A DNA stretch of 64,000 bases, taken from an uncultured Thermoplasmata archaeon. Lineage in GTDB: Archaea; Thermoplasmatota; Thermoplasmata; UBA10834. The notes beneath the pieces are model-generated. The model was not told where the DNA came from. It was given only the letters and a program-made list of their open reading frames with translations, and did not search any database. A program made the translations under genes and the position numbers. This document shows positions 61,676-64,000 of this stretch, one piece after another. Positions within the stretch are counted from its first letter, which is position 1. Each line of letters opens with the position of its first letter. The stretch lies in NCBI GenBank assembly GCA_964488505.1, contig CAZAUI010000002.1:3722-67721 (forward strand). Reading direction: 5' to 3'.

Positions 61676-62875
61676 TCAGAGAATGCCGAGGTCGTCCATG
61701 AGCCGCGAGGCGACTGCATTGCTGTCATGCAGTAGTGCGTGGTCCTTCGCCGCCTTCACGAGCGCATCTGCGCGCGAAGGAGAAGCGCAGACGGCCTCTA
61801 CGGCCTTCAGGACGGCCTCCGAGCCTCTCTCGGTCACGGCGACCGCGTAGCCGTCCCTCGCGGCCTTCGTGACGAAGGCGTATTCGTCCGGCCCGTAGAC
61901 GATAATCGGCCTCTGGGCTAGCCAGTAGTCGGTAACCTTCGTCGGGAATATCGTGAGGAGGTCCTTCTTCGCCTTCGACTCGAAGCTCATGGGTATCACG
62001 AGCATGTCGCATCCTGCGAGGAAGTCGAGGACCTCCTCCCTGCGGCCCAGGGTCATCGCGGAATCGAACGCATCCAGTAGCTCGGCTGCCCTCATGAGAT
62101 CCAGGGACTGTCCTGGGCATCTCACATGCAGTTCAAGCCTGCCCTTCGAGCGCTCCTTGGCCTCCGCCAGGTCCCTCATCGCGCCCAGGTTGGTCTCGTA
62201 GACCATCCCGGCGAACCCGAGCTTCACTCTCGCGCAGTCGACGGGGCCTCTGGGGGGGCGCATCAAGGAGATGTCGACCCCGTGGGGCAGCACCTCCGTC
62301 TCCATCGAGCGCGAGCGCAGGTAGTATTTCATCGGTTCGCTCATGGAGTACACCTTCCGCGCATGCGAGAGCGACCATCTCTCGACCATCCGGGCCAAGG
62401 TCCGTTCGATAGGGTTTGCCGCTGTCTCCAAGACGCAGTCATGCAGGTACACGGACACAGGGACCCTTATGAGCCTGGAAACGACCAGGGACACCGCGAG
62501 GAAGTCGAGCGACGGGAACACGGCCAGCACGCTCGAGGGCCGCCTCCCCATCTTCCTGACCGCAGACATCGTCGACAGGAGCGTCAGCGGCAGCGTGATG
62601 ACCTGGAATAGGCTGTGATAGGTGAACGAGGACAGTCTCCCGACCTTGTATTGCTCCACATCGAGCTTACGGTCGTCCTCGGAGTGGCGCGCGCTCTGGA
62701 CCTTCGAGACGAGCACGACCGAATCCCGAGGGAAATGCCGGAGCAGCTCATATATGACGGTCGGCGTGCCGCCTATCTGCGGGGGTGCTCTCGCGCACAT
62801 GACGAGGACGGGGCCCTCGCCGTGATGGGGCTGGCCTTGATTGCGCGGCTCACCGTGCGTGGGCGTGACCATCAC
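61676..62875 (-). CDS. Putative GT-B fold glycosyltransferase
   Basis: PPQIGGTPTVIYELL near the N-terminus, LPHGVD mid-protein, and a C-terminal FPTKVTDYWLAQRPIIVYGP block resemble GT4-like enzymes. Support is weak and the start is uncertain. Confidence 0.5.
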   Translation of the reverse strand: MMVTPTHGEPRNQGQPHHGEGPVLVMCARAPPQIGGTPTVIYELLRHFPRDSVVLVSKVQSARHSEDDRKLDVEQYKVGRLSSFTYHSLFQVITLPLTLLSTMSAVRKMGRRPSSVLAVFPSLDFLAVSLVVSRLIRVPVSVYLHDCVLETAANPIERTLARMVERWSLSHARKVYSMSEPMKYYLRSRSMETEVLPHGVDISLMRPPRGPVDCARVKLGFAGMVYETNLGAMRDLAEAKERSKGRLELHVRCPGQSLDLMRAAELLDAFDSAMTLGRREEVLDFLAGCDMLVIPMSFESKAKKDLLTIFPTKVTDYWLAQRPIIVYGPDEYAFVTKAARDGYAVAVTERGSEAVLKAVEAVCASPSRADALVKAAKDHALLHDSNAVASRLMDDLGIL

Positions 62876-63029
62876 CGGGGGATTGTGCGTGTCGGCTTAT
62901 TATGTTGCTGGCACCGGAGCAAGCCCTTCCAGCCATGGGCGCGCACAGGGTGAAAAGCGCTGTGGGCGGACGAACATTTATTCTACCGTCTCCGCAATGT
63001 GCCACCTGACAGCGTAAGGAGTTGACGAC

Positions 63030-63992
63030 ATGGGATATTTCGTGACCGGAGGAGCGGGGTTCATAGGCAGCTTCGTCGTCGACAGGCTCGCGCTCGTGGA
63101 CGGCGTGACGGTCTACGACAACCTCAGCTCTGGCAAGAAGGACTTCATCCTGCACCACATCGGCGACAAGGGTTTCAGGTTCGTCAAGGCGGATTTGCTC
63201 GATGTCGGCAGGCTCGTGAAGGAGATGAAGGGGCACGAATCAGTCTGGCACATGGCGGCCAACCCCGACATCCGGAAAGGGACGCAGTCCACCATGGTCG
63301 ACCTCGAGCAGAACACCATCGCCACGTTCAACGTCCTCGAGTGCGCGAGGAGGTGCGATGTCGAGAGCGTCGTGTTCTCGTCCACATCGACGGTCTACGG
63401 AAGGGCGAGGACGGTACCGACCACCGAGGACTACGGCCCTCTGCTCCCGATATCGCTGTACGGCGCCTCGAAACTGGCCTGCGAGGCGCTCGTGTCCGCA
63501 TATGCCGAGCTGTACGGCATCAGGGGATACATCTACAGGTTCGCGAACATCATCGGGCCGAGGAGCACGCACGGGATACTCTTCGACCTCGTCCAGAAGC
63601 TGAACAGGGACCCGAAGAGGCTAGAGGTGCTCGGGGACGGCAAGCAGAGGAAGTCATACCTGCTCGTGGACGAGTGCGTCGGCGGCATGTTATACGGATT
63701 CGAACACGTTAAGGACAAACTGAACTACTTCAACCTCGGCGCGGAGGACCAGATCTCCGTGAAGAGGATAGTCGAGATACTGCTCGAGGAGACGAAACTG
63801 AAGGGCGTCAAAGTCGTCTACACGGGCGGCGAGAGCGGCTGGAAAGGCGATGTGTCCAGGTTCCTCCTGTCGACCAAGAAGATGGCCGAGTTGGGGTGGA
63901 AGGCGGAGCGGTCGAGCGAGGAGGCCGTCAGAGAGGCCGCGAAGATGGTCGTGGCCGAGCATCTGAAGAAGCGCAGGCCCGCGAAGGCCTAG
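63030..63992 (+). CDS. NAD-dependent nucleotide-sugar epimerase/dehydratase/reductase (extended SDR)
   Basis: MGYFVTGGAGFIGSFVVDRL (GxxGxxG), SSTSTVYG, and the YGASKLACEAL catalytic YxxxK. 320 aa. The substrate is not assignable (GalE-like or GDP-4-keto-6-deoxymannose reductase-like). Confidence 0.85.
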   Translation: MGYFVTGGAGFIGSFVVDRLALVDGVTVYDNLSSGKKDFILHHIGDKGFRFVKADLLDVGRLVKEMKGHESVWHMAANPDIRKGTQSTMVDLEQNTIATFNVLECARRCDVESVVFSSTSTVYGRARTVPTTEDYGPLLPISLYGASKLACEALVSAYAELYGIRGYIYRFANIIGPRSTHGILFDLVQKLNRDPKRLEVLGDGKQRKSYLLVDECVGGMLYGFEHVKDKLNYFNLGAEDQISVKRIVEILLEETKLKGVKVVYTGGESGWKGDVSRFLLSTKKMAELGWKAERSSEEAVREAAKMVVAEHLKKRRPAKA

Positions 63993-64000
63993 GTGCGGGA

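Overview
High-GC, almost fully coding segment that looks archaeal. The gene content suggests a strictly anaerobic, methyl-utilising euryarchaeon or Thermoplasmatota member, possibly Methanomassiliicoccales-like; this taxonomy is inference only. The supporting genes are non-pyrrolysine MttB-family methyltransferases with a corrinoid protein, an HdrD-like CCG Fe-S protein, superoxide reductase, rubrerythrin, PEF-CTERM-type anchors, many CPxCG zinc-ribbon membrane proteins and TATA-like promoter elements. Layout: (i) 0.2-8 kb holds surface and membrane proteins, including a PEF-CTERM protein with a 12-nt coding tandem repeat. (ii) 8-18 kb holds two FtsX-like permeases, an HdrD-like gene, superoxide reductase, a CBSx4-HPF fusion, a DUF3311-like gene with a Na+/solute symporter, a SAM methyltransferase and a GldA-like dehydrogenase. 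(iii) 18-19.8 kb is a ~0.82-kb tandem duplication of a zinc-ribbon membrane gene that carries a remnant of the gldA 3' end. (iv) 19.8-28.9 kb holds a V4R protein, an mttB-like / corrinoid / mttB-like methyltransferase cluster, and a translationally coupled solute-binding protein plus Cache-HAMP histidine kinase. (v) 29-30.2 kb holds rubrerythrin and a YdjM-like hydrolase. (vi) 30.4-40.9 kb holds two convergent giant surface proteins (about 1641 and 1833 aa); one has a cytoplasmic Roadblock/LC7-like tail and the other has eight ~120-aa Tyr/Asp-rich repeats. (vii) 41.8-64 kb is a glycan-biosynthesis cluster with GT2, GT4 and GT-C-like genes, gmd x2, fcl, methyltransferases and an SDR epimerase. 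It is interrupted by a ~11-kb lower-GC island (about 43.5-54.6 kb) containing a frameshifted rfbB pseudogene and a second PEF-CTERM protein with seven tandem zinc ribbons. I found no rRNA, tRNA, CRISPR array, transposase or integrase. Many long antisense or out-of-frame ORFs in the track are high-GC artefacts. All domain calls are from reading motifs by eye; no searches were run.
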